From: a bacterium
GTDB taxonomy: Bacteria; UBA8248
DNA: 64,000 nt
Assembly: GCA_965261085.1 (NCBI GenBank)
Contig: OZ253442.1
Span: forward strand, 1,344,001 to 1,408,000
Reading direction: 5' to 3'
The position numbers were made by a program, and so were the translations under genes. Below are positions 9,904-19,259 of the stretch, piece by piece. The notes beneath the pieces are model-generated. The model was not told where the DNA came from, did not search any database, and saw nothing but the letters and a program-made list of their open reading frames with translations. Numbering within the stretch: the stretch's first letter is position 1; each line of letters opens with the position of its first letter.

Positions 9904-11112
9904 GTGGGGGAATCAGTTTTGGAAAAGCCGCTGGAGGGCGTGCGCATACTCGATCTTTCCGCCCTGCTCGCAGGCCCGTACGGCAGCATGGTGCTGGCCG
10001 ATTTGGGTGCGGACGTCATCAAGATAGAAGTGCCGGGCCGGGGCGACCTCGTCCGCACGATGCCGCCGCACTACGTGGGGGAGACGAGCGCCTACTTCAT
10101 CGCCCTGAACAGGAACAAGCGGGGCATTTTTCTGAACTTAAAAGACGAGGAGGGCTACCGCGTCTTTTGTGAGATGGTGAAAAGCTCCGACGTCGTTTAT
10201 GACAATTACCGCCCCGGCGTACTGGAACGCCTGGGCGCGGACTATAAAACACTCAAAAAGGTGAATCCCCGAATCATCAGCGCCTCCGTCACGGGCTATG
10301 GACTCACGGGGCCTCAAAAGGACAAGCCCGCTCTCGACCTCATCATTCAGGGGCGCGGCGGCATCATGAGCTTCACCGGCGAGCCGGGCAGGCCGCCCGT
10401 GCGCCTGGGCGTGCCGATGGGGGACATGGGCGGGGGTCTGTTCGCCGCACACGGGATTCTGGCGGCCCTTTACAAGCGCGAGAAGACGGGCGTCGGCCAG
10501 AAGGTGGACGTCTCGCTCCTCGACAGCCAGCTCTATCTCGCAAGCTACCGTTCGCAATACTATCTGACGGCGGGCGACGTGGCCAAGCCGATGGGCACGG
10601 GCCACGCATCCGCCGTTCCCATCGGCGCGTATCAGTGTGGCGACGGGAAGTGGCTTGTGCTCGATGCGATTCTGGATCATTTCTTCCAGGGTCTTTGCGA
10701 CGCGCTGGGTCATCCCGAATGGAAGGACGACCCCAGGATGAAGGATCGCCCCACCCGCCTCGAGAATCGCGAATACGTGGATGCGAAACTCTCGGAAGTC
10801 TACAAGACGAACACGGCGGCGTACTGGATAGAGAAAATCGAGGCGCACGGCGTTCCCTGCGGGCCGATTCAGAGCATCGACGAGGCGCTCAACGATCCCC
10901 AAACGCGCGCCCGAGAGATGGTGGTGGAGATGACCCACCCCGAACTCGGCAAGATGCAGACGTTCAACACGCCCGTCAAGATGGAGGGTACGTGGGGGGC
11001 CACCCCTTCGCCGCCTCCCCTGATGGGCGAGCACACCGAAGAAGTGCTCAAGGAAGTGCTTGGTCTGGGCGATGAGGAAATCGAGCGGTTAAAAGAGCGC
11101 AAGGCGATATAA
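9904..11112 (+). CDS. family III CoA-transferase (CaiB/BaiF)
   Basis: LEGVRILDL, LADLGADVIKIE, NRNKR, PMGDMGGG catalytic Asp, PPLMGEHT. Confidence 0.9.
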   Translation: MGESVLEKPLEGVRILDLSALLAGPYGSMVLADLGADVIKIEVPGRGDLVRTMPPHYVGETSAYFIALNRNKRGIFLNLKDEEGYRVFCEMVKSSDVVYDNYRPGVLERLGADYKTLKKVNPRIISASVTGYGLTGPQKDKPALDLIIQGRGGIMSFTGEPGRPPVRLGVPMGDMGGGLFAAHGILAALYKREKTGVGQKVDVSLLDSQLYLASYRSQYYLTAGDVAKPMGTGHASAVPIGAYQCGDGKWLVLDAILDHFFQGLCDALGHPEWKDDPRMKDRPTRLENREYVDAKLSEVYKTNTAAYWIEKIEAHGVPCGPIQSIDEALNDPQTRAREMVVEMTHPELGKMQTFNTPVKMEGTWGATPSPPPLMGEHTEEVLKEVLGLGDEEIERLKERKAI

Positions 11113-11121
11113 GAGGCCGTC

Positions 11122-11910
11122 ATGTTTCATGACAAAAAGGCTTTCGTGTTCGACCTGGAAGGAGTTTTTTTCGCCGGAGACGAGGTGATGTCCGGCGGGG
11201 TGGAGTTGATGCGCGCCATCAAGCGGAGAAACCTCCCCCATCGCTTCATCACGAACATCAGCCGCAGCACGGCTGCGGAGATTCGCGCCCACATGGCGGG
11301 GATCGGCCTCGACCCGGGGGAGAACCTCATCGTGGCCGCGCTGGATCGGGTTGGTTCGTTTCTGAGGAAGAACTTTGGATCTGGCCGGGCGTACGTGCTG
11401 GGGACGGATTCGCTCAAGGGAGCGGTCGCATCGGGTGGTTTCGAGATAGTGGGCCTGGAGGAGGAAGATGCGGCCGACGTCGTCCTCGTTGGTCTAGACG
11501 AGGCTCTCACCTACCGGACGTTGAGCGCAGCCGCCCGGGCGGTCAGCCGGGGGGCGCACTTCGTCGCCATGAACCCCGACGTGCGCCTGCCGAGTGAGGA
11601 TGGTTCGTTCTCCCTCGGCGGGGGCGCAATCATGGCTTCGGTGCAGGCGGCGGCGGGCAGGGAGCCGGTTTTTTTTGGAAAGCCCGAGCCTTTTCTCTTT
11701 GAAGAAGCGCTTCATGAGTTGGGCGTGGAGGCGCGCCACGTCGTCATGGTGGGAGACAACCTAAGGACGGACATCGCGGGCGGCCAGAAAGTGGGCATGG
11801 CCACCGTGTGGGTGAACCGCTGGGGCGTGATAGCCGGGGACCCGGACGTGACGGCGGACCTGGAAGTGAAGACGCTTGATGAACTGATGCCGCATCTGCC
11901 GGGCGGTTGA
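11122..11910 (+). CDS. HAD-IIA hydrolase (NagD-like)
   Basis: FDLEG motif I variant, FITN, NPD, GKP, MVGDNLRTDI. Confidence 0.85.
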   Translation: MFHDKKAFVFDLEGVFFAGDEVMSGGVELMRAIKRRNLPHRFITNISRSTAAEIRAHMAGIGLDPGENLIVAALDRVGSFLRKNFGSGRAYVLGTDSLKGAVASGGFEIVGLEEEDAADVVLVGLDEALTYRTLSAAARAVSRGAHFVAMNPDVRLPSEDGSFSLGGGAIMASVQAAAGREPVFFGKPEPFLFEEALHELGVEARHVVMVGDNLRTDIAGGQKVGMATVWVNRWGVIAGDPDVTADLEVKTLDELMPHLPGG

Positions 11911-11932
11911 GTCTCCGAAAAGAGAGGACGAT

Positions 11933-12688
11933 ATGGCGCTGGTCGAATATGAGGTGAGAGACAAGCTGGCCTGTATCACGCTGAACAGGCCGGAGAAGAT
12001 GAACGCGATCAATCACGAGATGAGCGAGCGCATCTTTTCGCTCTTCGACGAGATGGAACGCGACCCCGGCGTTTGGGGCTGTCTGATCACAGGCGAGGGA
12101 AAAGCGTTCTCGAGCGGGCATGACCTCACCGAGCCGCCGCCCGAGGATAGGGAGATCAAACCCGTCTCCGACCTCTATCAGGTCATCATGGAACTCTACA
12201 AGCCATGCTTTGCGGCGATCAACGGGTTTTGTCTGGCGGGAGGAGCGGGCATCGCGCTCTCCTGCGACGTGCGCGTCATGGCTGAAGATACGCAGCTCGG
12301 CTGGCCCCAGGTCGTGCGCGGCATCTCCTCCGTCAGCGGGCCGATTCTCCTGGCGAAGCTGCTGCCCTTCAACCTCGCGCACTACCATCTGTTCACCGGC
12401 GAGCCCATCAACGCGGAGACCGCGCTCAGGCTCGGCCTTGTGAACAAGTTGGCGCCAAAGGAAAACGTGTTGGAGGAGACGGAGAAGATCGCGCGTCAGG
12501 TACTGGCGAACGCGCCCCTGGCGGTGCGCGCCATCAAGGAGATTACCGTCCGCGCGCGCGACATGACGATGGAGGACGCCCTTCGCTTCGGCGACGTGAT
12601 CTTAAAGCGCCTACTTGAGACTGAAGATGCCGAGGAGGGCGTGCGCGCCTTCAAGGAGAAAAGAACGCCGCATTTTAAGGGGAAATAA
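11933..12688 (+). CDS. enoyl-CoA hydratase/isomerase (crotonase) superfamily protein
   Basis: ITLNRPEKMNA, AFSSGHDL, AAINGFCLAGG, EGVRAFKEKR. Confidence 0.88.
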   Translation: MALVEYEVRDKLACITLNRPEKMNAINHEMSERIFSLFDEMERDPGVWGCLITGEGKAFSSGHDLTEPPPEDREIKPVSDLYQVIMELYKPCFAAINGFCLAGGAGIALSCDVRVMAEDTQLGWPQVVRGISSVSGPILLAKLLPFNLAHYHLFTGEPINAETALRLGLVNKLAPKENVLEETEKIARQVLANAPLAVRAIKEITVRARDMTMEDALRFGDVILKRLLETEDAEEGVRAFKEKRTPHFKGK

Positions 12689-12737
12689 AGATTATTCTAA
12701 TCCTTTGCTCCATCCTTCTAGCTGAAAGGAGGCGGCG

Positions 12738-13898
12738 GTGAGATTTGACCTCACGGACTCTCAACGAGAAATCCAGCAAAAAGCCCGCGAAATCGCCACG
12801 AACCTGATAGCGCCCAAGGCGGCGTTCTGGGACCAGACCGAGGAATATCCCTGGGAAAACGCCAAGATTCTGGCGGATGCCGGCTTCATGGGAATGAACG
12901 TCCCCAAGGAATTCGGCGGACCCGAGCGTCCGCTGATAGAGGCCGTCCTGGTGGTCGAGGAGATGGCCAAGGTCTGCGGCATCACGGGGCGCATCGTGGT
13001 GGACAGCAACATGGGCGTGGTGGGAGCAATCATCAAGTACGGGACCGAGGAGCAGAAGAAAAAGTATCTGCCGATGGTGCTCGCAGGGGACAAGCCCGCC
13101 ATCGTCATCACAGAGCCCGAGGCGGGAAGCGCCGCCACCGACATGACGACGAGGGCCGTGCTCGACGGCGATGAGTACATCCTGAACGGCAAGAAGAAGT
13201 GGATTACCGGCGCTGGCGTCTCCCGCATCAATCTCGTGTTCGCCCGCGTGGTGCACGGGGGGGATGAACAGGGAATCGGCGCCCTGATCGTGGAGTTGGG
13301 CGCGGAGGGCTTCCGTATAGGGGATCGCGCCTTCATGATGGGCTTGAGGGGAATCCCCGAGAGTGAGGAGATCTTTGAGAATTGCCGTGTGCCTCAGAAA
13401 AACTTGGTGACGGTGGGATTCGGGCGCCTGATGGCCGCTTATAACGCACAGCGGGTGGGAGCCGGCACGGTGGCTTTGGGGATTGCCGAGGGCGCCTTCG
13501 CCCAGGCGGTGGAATACGCCAAAAAGCGCCACCAGTTCGGCCGCCCGATATCGGAATTCCAGGGGCTTCAGTGGATTCTGGCGGATGCGCGCATTCAACT
13601 CGACGCCGCGCGGCTCCTGCTCCACCGGGCGGCGGTGCAGGAAGACCCCAAAACGGGATTTCCCGACATGCGCCTGGCCGCCATAGCCAAGACGTTTTCG
13701 GCTGAAGCCTCGATCAAGGTGACGAACGACGCGCTCCAGATTTTTGGGGCGGCGGGCTATTCACGCGATTTGCCGATTGAGCGCATGGCGCGTGACGTGC
13801 GTATGTTCACCATCGGCGGCGGCACCACCCAGGCGCAGAGGAACGTGATTGCGTCTGGCATTTTCGGGAGAAAATTCTCTCAGCGCAGGGGAGAGTGA
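12738..13898 (+). CDS. acyl-CoA dehydrogenase family protein, 3-sulfinopropionyl-CoA desulfinase-like
   Basis: GRIVVDSNMG, GDKPAI, GLRGIPE, AYNAQRVGAG and RMFTIGGGT match the segments I recall from the Advenella desulfinase Acd; neither canonical catalytic Glu position has Glu. Confidence 0.75.
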   Translation: MRFDLTDSQREIQQKAREIATNLIAPKAAFWDQTEEYPWENAKILADAGFMGMNVPKEFGGPERPLIEAVLVVEEMAKVCGITGRIVVDSNMGVVGAIIKYGTEEQKKKYLPMVLAGDKPAIVITEPEAGSAATDMTTRAVLDGDEYILNGKKKWITGAGVSRINLVFARVVHGGDEQGIGALIVELGAEGFRIGDRAFMMGLRGIPESEEIFENCRVPQKNLVTVGFGRLMAAYNAQRVGAGTVALGIAEGAFAQAVEYAKKRHQFGRPISEFQGLQWILADARIQLDAARLLLHRAAVQEDPKTGFPDMRLAAIAKTFSAEASIKVTNDALQIFGAAGYSRDLPIERMARDVRMFTIGGGTTQAQRNVIASGIFGRKFSQRRGE

Positions 13899-14015
13899 AA
13901 AAACCCCGTTCAAAGGGTGGGCGTCTCACGAAGGCGGCCCGCGTCCGCTTGGCTTATTGGGGCTGGAATGTCCCCGGAGAGAGCAGATAAACCCTGGCCG
14001 TATTGCAAAGGAACC

Positions 14016-14360
14016 ATGATGGCTATCTTTACGCTGCAGGAAGCCCGTGCCCTGCTGCCGCAGGTCAAGGAAGTGACGCAGCATTACTTCGATGTCGTTG
14101 AGGAGATGCGCGAACAGCTGGAAACCCTTGATGAGTCGCGCGATGTCAAGCGCCTCGAAGGATTCATGAATGACGCTGTTGGCGAGTGGGTGAAGGCCGT
14201 CAGAAACCTCGGGGTGGAAGTCAAAGGCTTATGGCTGGCGGATTTCGATTCGGGAGACGGCTATTACTACTGCTGGAAACTCGGCGAGGTCGACATCGAA
14301 CATTTTCACCGCTACGAAACGGGGTTCGCCGGTCGCCGTCCCATTTCGTTGCTCGAGTAA
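14016..14360 (+). CDS. DUF2203 family protein
   Basis: FTLQEARALLP...GVEVKG..LADF...YYCWKLGE...FH..ETGFAGRRPI; AAGGA RBS before ATG 14016. Confidence 0.8.
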   Translation: MMAIFTLQEARALLPQVKEVTQHYFDVVEEMREQLETLDESRDVKRLEGFMNDAVGEWVKAVRNLGVEVKGLWLADFDSGDGYYYCWKLGEVDIEHFHRYETGFAGRRPISLLE

Positions 14361-14501
14361 GACTCACGGCACCGTTCCGGTAATCATTCATCCAGGGTTC
14401 ATTTACCAATATCCATATTACCGCTACTCGCACACCTGGAAATTTCTTACGGACGAAGCATGCCCCAATCAGTGCGCGCCGTGCGGAGGAGGAGATGCGC
14501 C

Positions 14502-15722
14502 CTAGCCGTATTGCAGTATCATGCCCGTGATCCCGCATTCGATGCAGCCGGCCACCTCGATGCAGCGTGAATTCGCCGGCGGCATCACCACGCCGGTAAT
14601 GCCCTCCCTGTAGTATCGCTCGAACGGATAGCGTCGCGCGATGGAGCGGCCCCCCACGAGCCGCATCGCGTGCTGCACCACCTTGGCGCAGACCTCGCAT
14701 GAGATGTATTTGGACTGCATGACGGTTTTCACCGTGTTCTGGTTCGCCATGCCGTCTCCTTGTTCTTTCACGTGGCACGCCTCGTACAGGAGCATCCGCG
14801 CGGCTCTGATTTCGGAGCTCAACTCGCCGATGCTGGTCTGGTACATCTCGTTGTGGCTCAGCGGCTCGGGGTTGGGCGGGTACTGCGTTGTTTTCACATA
14901 CTCGACCAGGTGATTGTAGGCCCCTTCCGCGATGCCCAGATAAGCGGCGGCAAACCCGAGGTGGAACATGGTGATGTCGATTTTCCCCAGCGCGCCGATG
15001 AAGTTCTCACCCCCCAGGATGTCTTCATGCGGCACGAAGGTATCCTCGAAGATGATGTCGTCACTCGCCGTTCCCCGCATCGACATGGTGTCCCACACCA
15101 CTTTCACGGATGAGCCTCCGTAATCCTTGTGGAGCACGGCGGTCATGATGGCTTCCGCAGCGGTATTCTTCCCCTCGAGGAACCCGGTGGTGAAGTAATA
15201 ATCGGCATGTGCGCCTATCGAGGCGGAAATCTTCCTGCCGCTTAAGCGGTAGCCGCCCTCGACGGGAGAGAAGATGGTCTTGAGCGTCACCAGATGACGG
15301 AAGCTCATACCTCGTTCCGCCGTGACGGAGGAGAATAGCTTTCCGTTCTCGACGATGTCGGGTAGCACCCGTTTTTTCTGCTCCTCGTTCGCCAGGTCGA
15401 AGAAGAGGCTCACGCATGTCTGGTGCATATTCCAGGTGAGGGCGGTGGAGGCGCACGCCTTGCCCAGTTCTGCGAGCGCCATGTTGTAGGTGAGGGAATT
15501 CGCGCCCGAGCCTCCCCACTCTTCAGGGATGCACAGGGCGTTCAGGCCCGCGTCGGTGAGCAGTTTGTAGTTCTCGGTGGGGAAGCGGCCTTCGCGGTCG
15601 ATTTCAGCCGCCATCTCGGCCATCTGTGGCGTGAGGGCTTTGATTTTGTCGATGATCTGTTTGTCGTATTTCAGATCCATCAGCGTTTCGTATGACTCAC
15701 TCGCCGCGATTTTGGGACCCAT
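14502..15722 (-). CDS. acyl-CoA dehydrogenase-fold flavoprotein (possibly a monooxygenase)
   Basis: IDREGRFP, WNMH, WDTMSMRGTAS, ERYYRE..TG..MPP; start placed after an AGGAGG RBS. Confidence 0.8.
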   Translation of the reverse strand: MGPKIAASESYETLMDLKYDKQIIDKIKALTPQMAEMAAEIDREGRFPTENYKLLTDAGLNALCIPEEWGGSGANSLTYNMALAELGKACASTALTWNMHQTCVSLFFDLANEEQKKRVLPDIVENGKLFSSVTAERGMSFRHLVTLKTIFSPVEGGYRLSGRKISASIGAHADYYFTTGFLEGKNTAAEAIMTAVLHKDYGGSSVKVVWDTMSMRGTASDDIIFEDTFVPHEDILGGENFIGALGKIDITMFHLGFAAAYLGIAEGAYNHLVEYVKTTQYPPNPEPLSHNEMYQTSIGELSSEIRAARMLLYEACHVKEQGDGMANQNTVKTVMQSKYISCEVCAKVVQHAMRLVGGRSIARRYPFERYYREGITGVVMPPANSRCIEVAGCIECGITGMILQYG

Positions 15723-16098
15723 TTTTTTCCTCCTGTTCATCAAGGCGAAAAGCGCCTCGCCCTCGATCATCCAGACGGCTTCCTGCTAAAGGTCGAGCGA
15801 GAAGACATGCTCGACGCATCTCGTGTTCAACTCATTCCAATCTCCATTTTGGTTTTCTATTCTCGCATCGCTCCGCCGGCTCGATTTGCAAAGGCGGTCG
15901 CGCCACATGAGAAAAGGCGCAATTCCTCCGCCGGGGGATGATTGTCGATTCTATCAGACGCCCCCTTGAGTTTGACAGCGCTTCATGGAGGCATGTAATC
16001 TCCGCTGGGTTTTCCATACTTTAACCCATTGTGAAAATTCGTGCACCAGCCGCCCGGCGGTCCTGGTTTCGTTTCTCATGTTTTCTGGGAAGGTGTCC

Positions 16099-17100
16099 AT
16101 GGCTCCCCGCGTACTCGTCTCCACCACGCCATTCGGTGAGATAGACCCGAAGCCCATCGAAATGCTCGAAAGCGCAGGCGTGGAATACGTGCGCAACACT
16201 TTGGGCAAGCGTCCGAACGAGGATGAATTCGCCGAGATGATTTCCGGTGGCTTCGACGCCGTCATCGCGGGTCTCGAACCGTTCACCCCGAGAATATTGG
16301 ATTTGGCGAAGAGGCTGCGGTTCATATCGCGCGCCACGGTGGGTCTCGAGACGGTGGATTTGAACGCGGCGAGAGAGAGAAGCATTCTCGTTGCAAACAC
16401 CCCCGGAGCCAACTCGGAAGCCGTGGCGGAACTGACGCTGAGCCATCTGCTCTCACTCCTGCGCGGCGTGCATCACTCCCACAATGCGCTCTTGCGCGGG
16501 GAGTGGCTCCAGTATATGGGCCGCACGCTCGATGAGATTACGCTGGGCGTCATCGGCGTGGGGCGAATCGGTAAACGGGTGATACGCCACGTATCCGGTT
16601 TCGGGGCGAAGATCATCGCGAACGACCTGGCGCCCGATGCGGAATTTGGCGAGCGCTACGGCGTGGAATGGGCCGAAAAAGAAGAAATCTACCGCCGCGC
16701 CGACACCGTCTCCTTACACGTTCCCGCCACGCCGGCGACGATCCACATGATGGGTGAAGAGGAGATCGCGATGATGAAAAAAGGCGCGTTTCTCATCAAT
16801 ACGGCGCGCGGCGTCATCGTGGACGATGAGGCGCTGGCCCGCGCGTTGCGCTCGGGCCATCTGGGGGGCGCCGGGATCGACGTTTTCCCCGAAGAACCCT
16901 ACCGGGGAGCTCTCGCGGGAGCGCCCAACTGCATTCTCACCGCGCATCTAGGCGCGCGTGCGCGTTCCTCGCGCCTACAGATGGAACTGGACGCGACGGA
17001 GAACGTCTTGTGCTTTCTGGCGGGCAAGCCGATTCCGGGGCTCGTGCCGGATGAGGAATACGAGATGCAACGCATCATCACCGCCGACATGAACACGTAA
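16099..17100 (+). CDS. D-2-hydroxyacid / phosphoglycerate dehydrogenase family
   Basis: NTPGANS, GVGRIG, LINTARG, DVFPEEP, TAHLGA. Confidence 0.88.
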   Translation: MAPRVLVSTTPFGEIDPKPIEMLESAGVEYVRNTLGKRPNEDEFAEMISGGFDAVIAGLEPFTPRILDLAKRLRFISRATVGLETVDLNAARERSILVANTPGANSEAVAELTLSHLLSLLRGVHHSHNALLRGEWLQYMGRTLDEITLGVIGVGRIGKRVIRHVSGFGAKIIANDLAPDAEFGERYGVEWAEKEEIYRRADTVSLHVPATPATIHMMGEEEIAMMKKGAFLINTARGVIVDDEALARALRSGHLGGAGIDVFPEEPYRGALAGAPNCILTAHLGARARSSRLQMELDATENVLCFLAGKPIPGLVPDEEYEMQRIITADMNT

Positions 17101-17141
17101 ACCGGGGAGGGTGAGTTCCTCCCGATCAATGGAGTCATTCG

Positions 17142-17906
17142 ATGCCCAAGACACCTGATTATTTCGTGGACAAAACCATCATCGTCACCGGTGCTGCCAG
17201 CGGCATCGGCAAGGAGACCTCCCTCATATTCGGGCGTGAGGGAGCCAACGTCTTCTGCGCGGACCTGGACGAGGAAGGCGCCGCCGAGGTCGCCGAGCGC
17301 GTTACGGAGAACGGGGGCCGGGGCGTTCACATGAAGGTGGACGTCACCTCGCGCGAGGAGGCGTTCGCGATGACGAGGCGCGCCAAGGAGAGGTTCGGCC
17401 GGGTCGATTTTTCGCTCAATTCCGCAGGCGCTGCTCTTAGGCGTTCCGATTTTTTAGGAATAGAAGACGACCTGTGGGACCGGACGTTCGACTTGAACGT
17501 CAAGGGCGTTTTCTACTGCATGCAGGCCGCGATTCCCGAGATGCTCGAAAACGGCGGGGGCGTCATCGTCAACATCGGAAGCATGGCGCACAAGCGCGGG
17601 GGGCCGGGTCATTCGGTGCACTACGCGGCGGCCAAGGGAGCGGTGGTGACGATGAGCATGGGCGTGGGCCGCGAATATGCGGACAGGGGTATTCGGTGCA
17701 TGTCCATATCGCCGGGTCCCATCGACACGCCGTTTCACGACGTCTCCTCGGAGGCGCTTAAGGAGTCGATGCGGAGTCAGATACCGATGGGCCGCTTCGG
17801 CACGGCGGAGGAAATCGGAGAACTGGTGTTGTTCATGTGCTCGGATGCGTGTGCGTTCATGACGGCGGACACCGTGTACGTGAACGGCGGCGGGGGCTGG
17901 AAGTAG
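17142..17906 (+). CDS. short-chain dehydrogenase/reductase
   Basis: TGAASGIG, NSAG, YAAAK, PGPIDT. Confidence 0.9.
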   Translation: MPKTPDYFVDKTIIVTGAASGIGKETSLIFGREGANVFCADLDEEGAAEVAERVTENGGRGVHMKVDVTSREEAFAMTRRAKERFGRVDFSLNSAGAALRRSDFLGIEDDLWDRTFDLNVKGVFYCMQAAIPEMLENGGGVIVNIGSMAHKRGGPGHSVHYAAAKGAVVTMSMGVGREYADRGIRCMSISPGPIDTPFHDVSSEALKESMRSQIPMGRFGTAEEIGELVLFMCSDACAFMTADTVYVNGGGGWK

Positions 17907-17935
17907 CGCACGCCAACGAGGTCTTCTGGCTTCGT

Positions 17936-18160
17936 TCATCTTCTCGAAAAAAGATTCAGAAGCAGCGTCAGCACGATACTGATGACGATGCAGGTCACTA
18001 CAGGGAAAGAAAAACTCCAGTTCTTCCCGCGCAGGTGGATGTCGCCCGGCAGTTTCCCCAGAAACGGAATCTTGGGCGCCACGAGAAACACCACTCCCAA
18101 GACCATCAGGACAGCGCCGAGCAGAATCAGCGTTTTTCCAAAGCCGCCGAAAGGCTCCAT
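17936..18160 (-). CDS. DUF2905 family small membrane protein
   Basis: GKLPGDI...FSFPVVTCIVISIVLT; this family commonly lies downstream of ruvB. Confidence 0.8.
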   Translation of the reverse strand: MEPFGGFGKTLILLGAVLMVLGVVFLVAPKIPFLGKLPGDIHLRGKNWSFSFPVVTCIVISIVLTLLLNLFSRR

Positions 18161-18175
18161 CTGCTTTATTCCCTT

Positions 18176-19240
18176 TTAAGCGGATGTATCGGTTTCCTCA
18201 TCTTTCACGCTGGCGTCCCAAAGCTCTCTCTGGACGCCTTTGGGTAGCGCGACGCCCAGATGCGCGTAGGTCGTCGAAGTCGCACGCCGCCCGCCGCGCG
18301 TTCTTTGCACGAAACCGGTACGCAGCAGGAAAGGCTCCACCATGTCCACGAGGGTGTCGGATTCCTCGTTCATGGTGGCGGCGATGGCCTCCACCCCCAC
18401 CGGACCGCCGCCGTATTGGTCGATTATCGTCCGGAGATATTTTCTGTCCAGCCCGTCCAGACCCAGCTCGTCCACACCCTCCATAGCGAGGGCCTCGCGC
18501 GTGGTGGAGAGGCCGATGGCGCCGTCGCCCCGCGCCTGGCTGAAATCGCGCGTCCAAAGCAGGAGCCGGTTCGCCGTCCGGGGCGTGCCCCGGCTTCTTC
18601 GGGCGAGTTCGCGCGCCGCCTCTTTTTCAATCGGCACGTCCAGGCGGGCCGCGCTTCGCAGGAGTATCTGCACGAGTTCTTCCTCGGAGTAGAAATCCAC
18701 GTGGTAGACGAGATAGAAGCGCTCTCTGAGAGCAGCGGTCAGGGCGCCGGGGCGCGTCGTGGCGCCCACGGCCGTGAATATCTTCAAGGGAAAATTGATG
18801 GTGCGGGCCATGGCTCCCCGGTCGACGACGAAATCCACGCGGTAGTCCTCCATCGCGGGGTAGAGGAATTCCTCCACGGCACTGGGCATCCGGTGAATCT
18901 CGTCGATGAACAGCACGTCGCCCTGTTGGAGGCCCGTGAGTATTCCCATGAGATCGGCCGGTCTCGAGAGGGAGGGGCCGGAGGATTTCACGAGGCGGGT
19001 CCCCATTTCTTCTGAGATGATGTGGGAGAGCGTGGTCTTCCCGAGACCCGGCGGCCCGTGGAACAGGATATGGCCCAGGGGTTCGTTTCTCCTCCGGGAG
19101 GCCTCGAGCGCAATCCGCAGCTTGGCCACGAGGTCGGTCTGGCCCACGTAGTCTTCGAGTATCGTGGGCCTGAGCGAGGTGAATGTTCTCTCCTCCGCCG
19201 GACTCGCCGCCTTCGCGCTCACGCGCCGCTCGATGACCAT
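18176..19240 (-). CDS. ruvB: Holliday junction branch migration helicase RuvB
   Basis: SLRP, GPPGLGKTT, FIDEIHR, GATTR, SRGTPR, GGPVG, EPFL. Confidence 0.97.
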   Translation of the reverse strand: MVIERRVSAKAASPAEERTFTSLRPTILEDYVGQTDLVAKLRIALEASRRRNEPLGHILFHGPPGLGKTTLSHIISEEMGTRLVKSSGPSLSRPADLMGILTGLQQGDVLFIDEIHRMPSAVEEFLYPAMEDYRVDFVVDRGAMARTINFPLKIFTAVGATTRPGALTAALRERFYLVYHVDFYSEEELVQILLRSAARLDVPIEKEAARELARRSRGTPRTANRLLLWTRDFSQARGDGAIGLSTTREALAMEGVDELGLDGLDRKYLRTIIDQYGGGPVGVEAIAATMNEESDTLVDMVEPFLLRTGFVQRTRGGRRATSTTYAHLGVALPKGVQRELWDASVKDEETDTSA

Positions 19241-19259
19241 GATTTCTCTCCCGTCCTCT

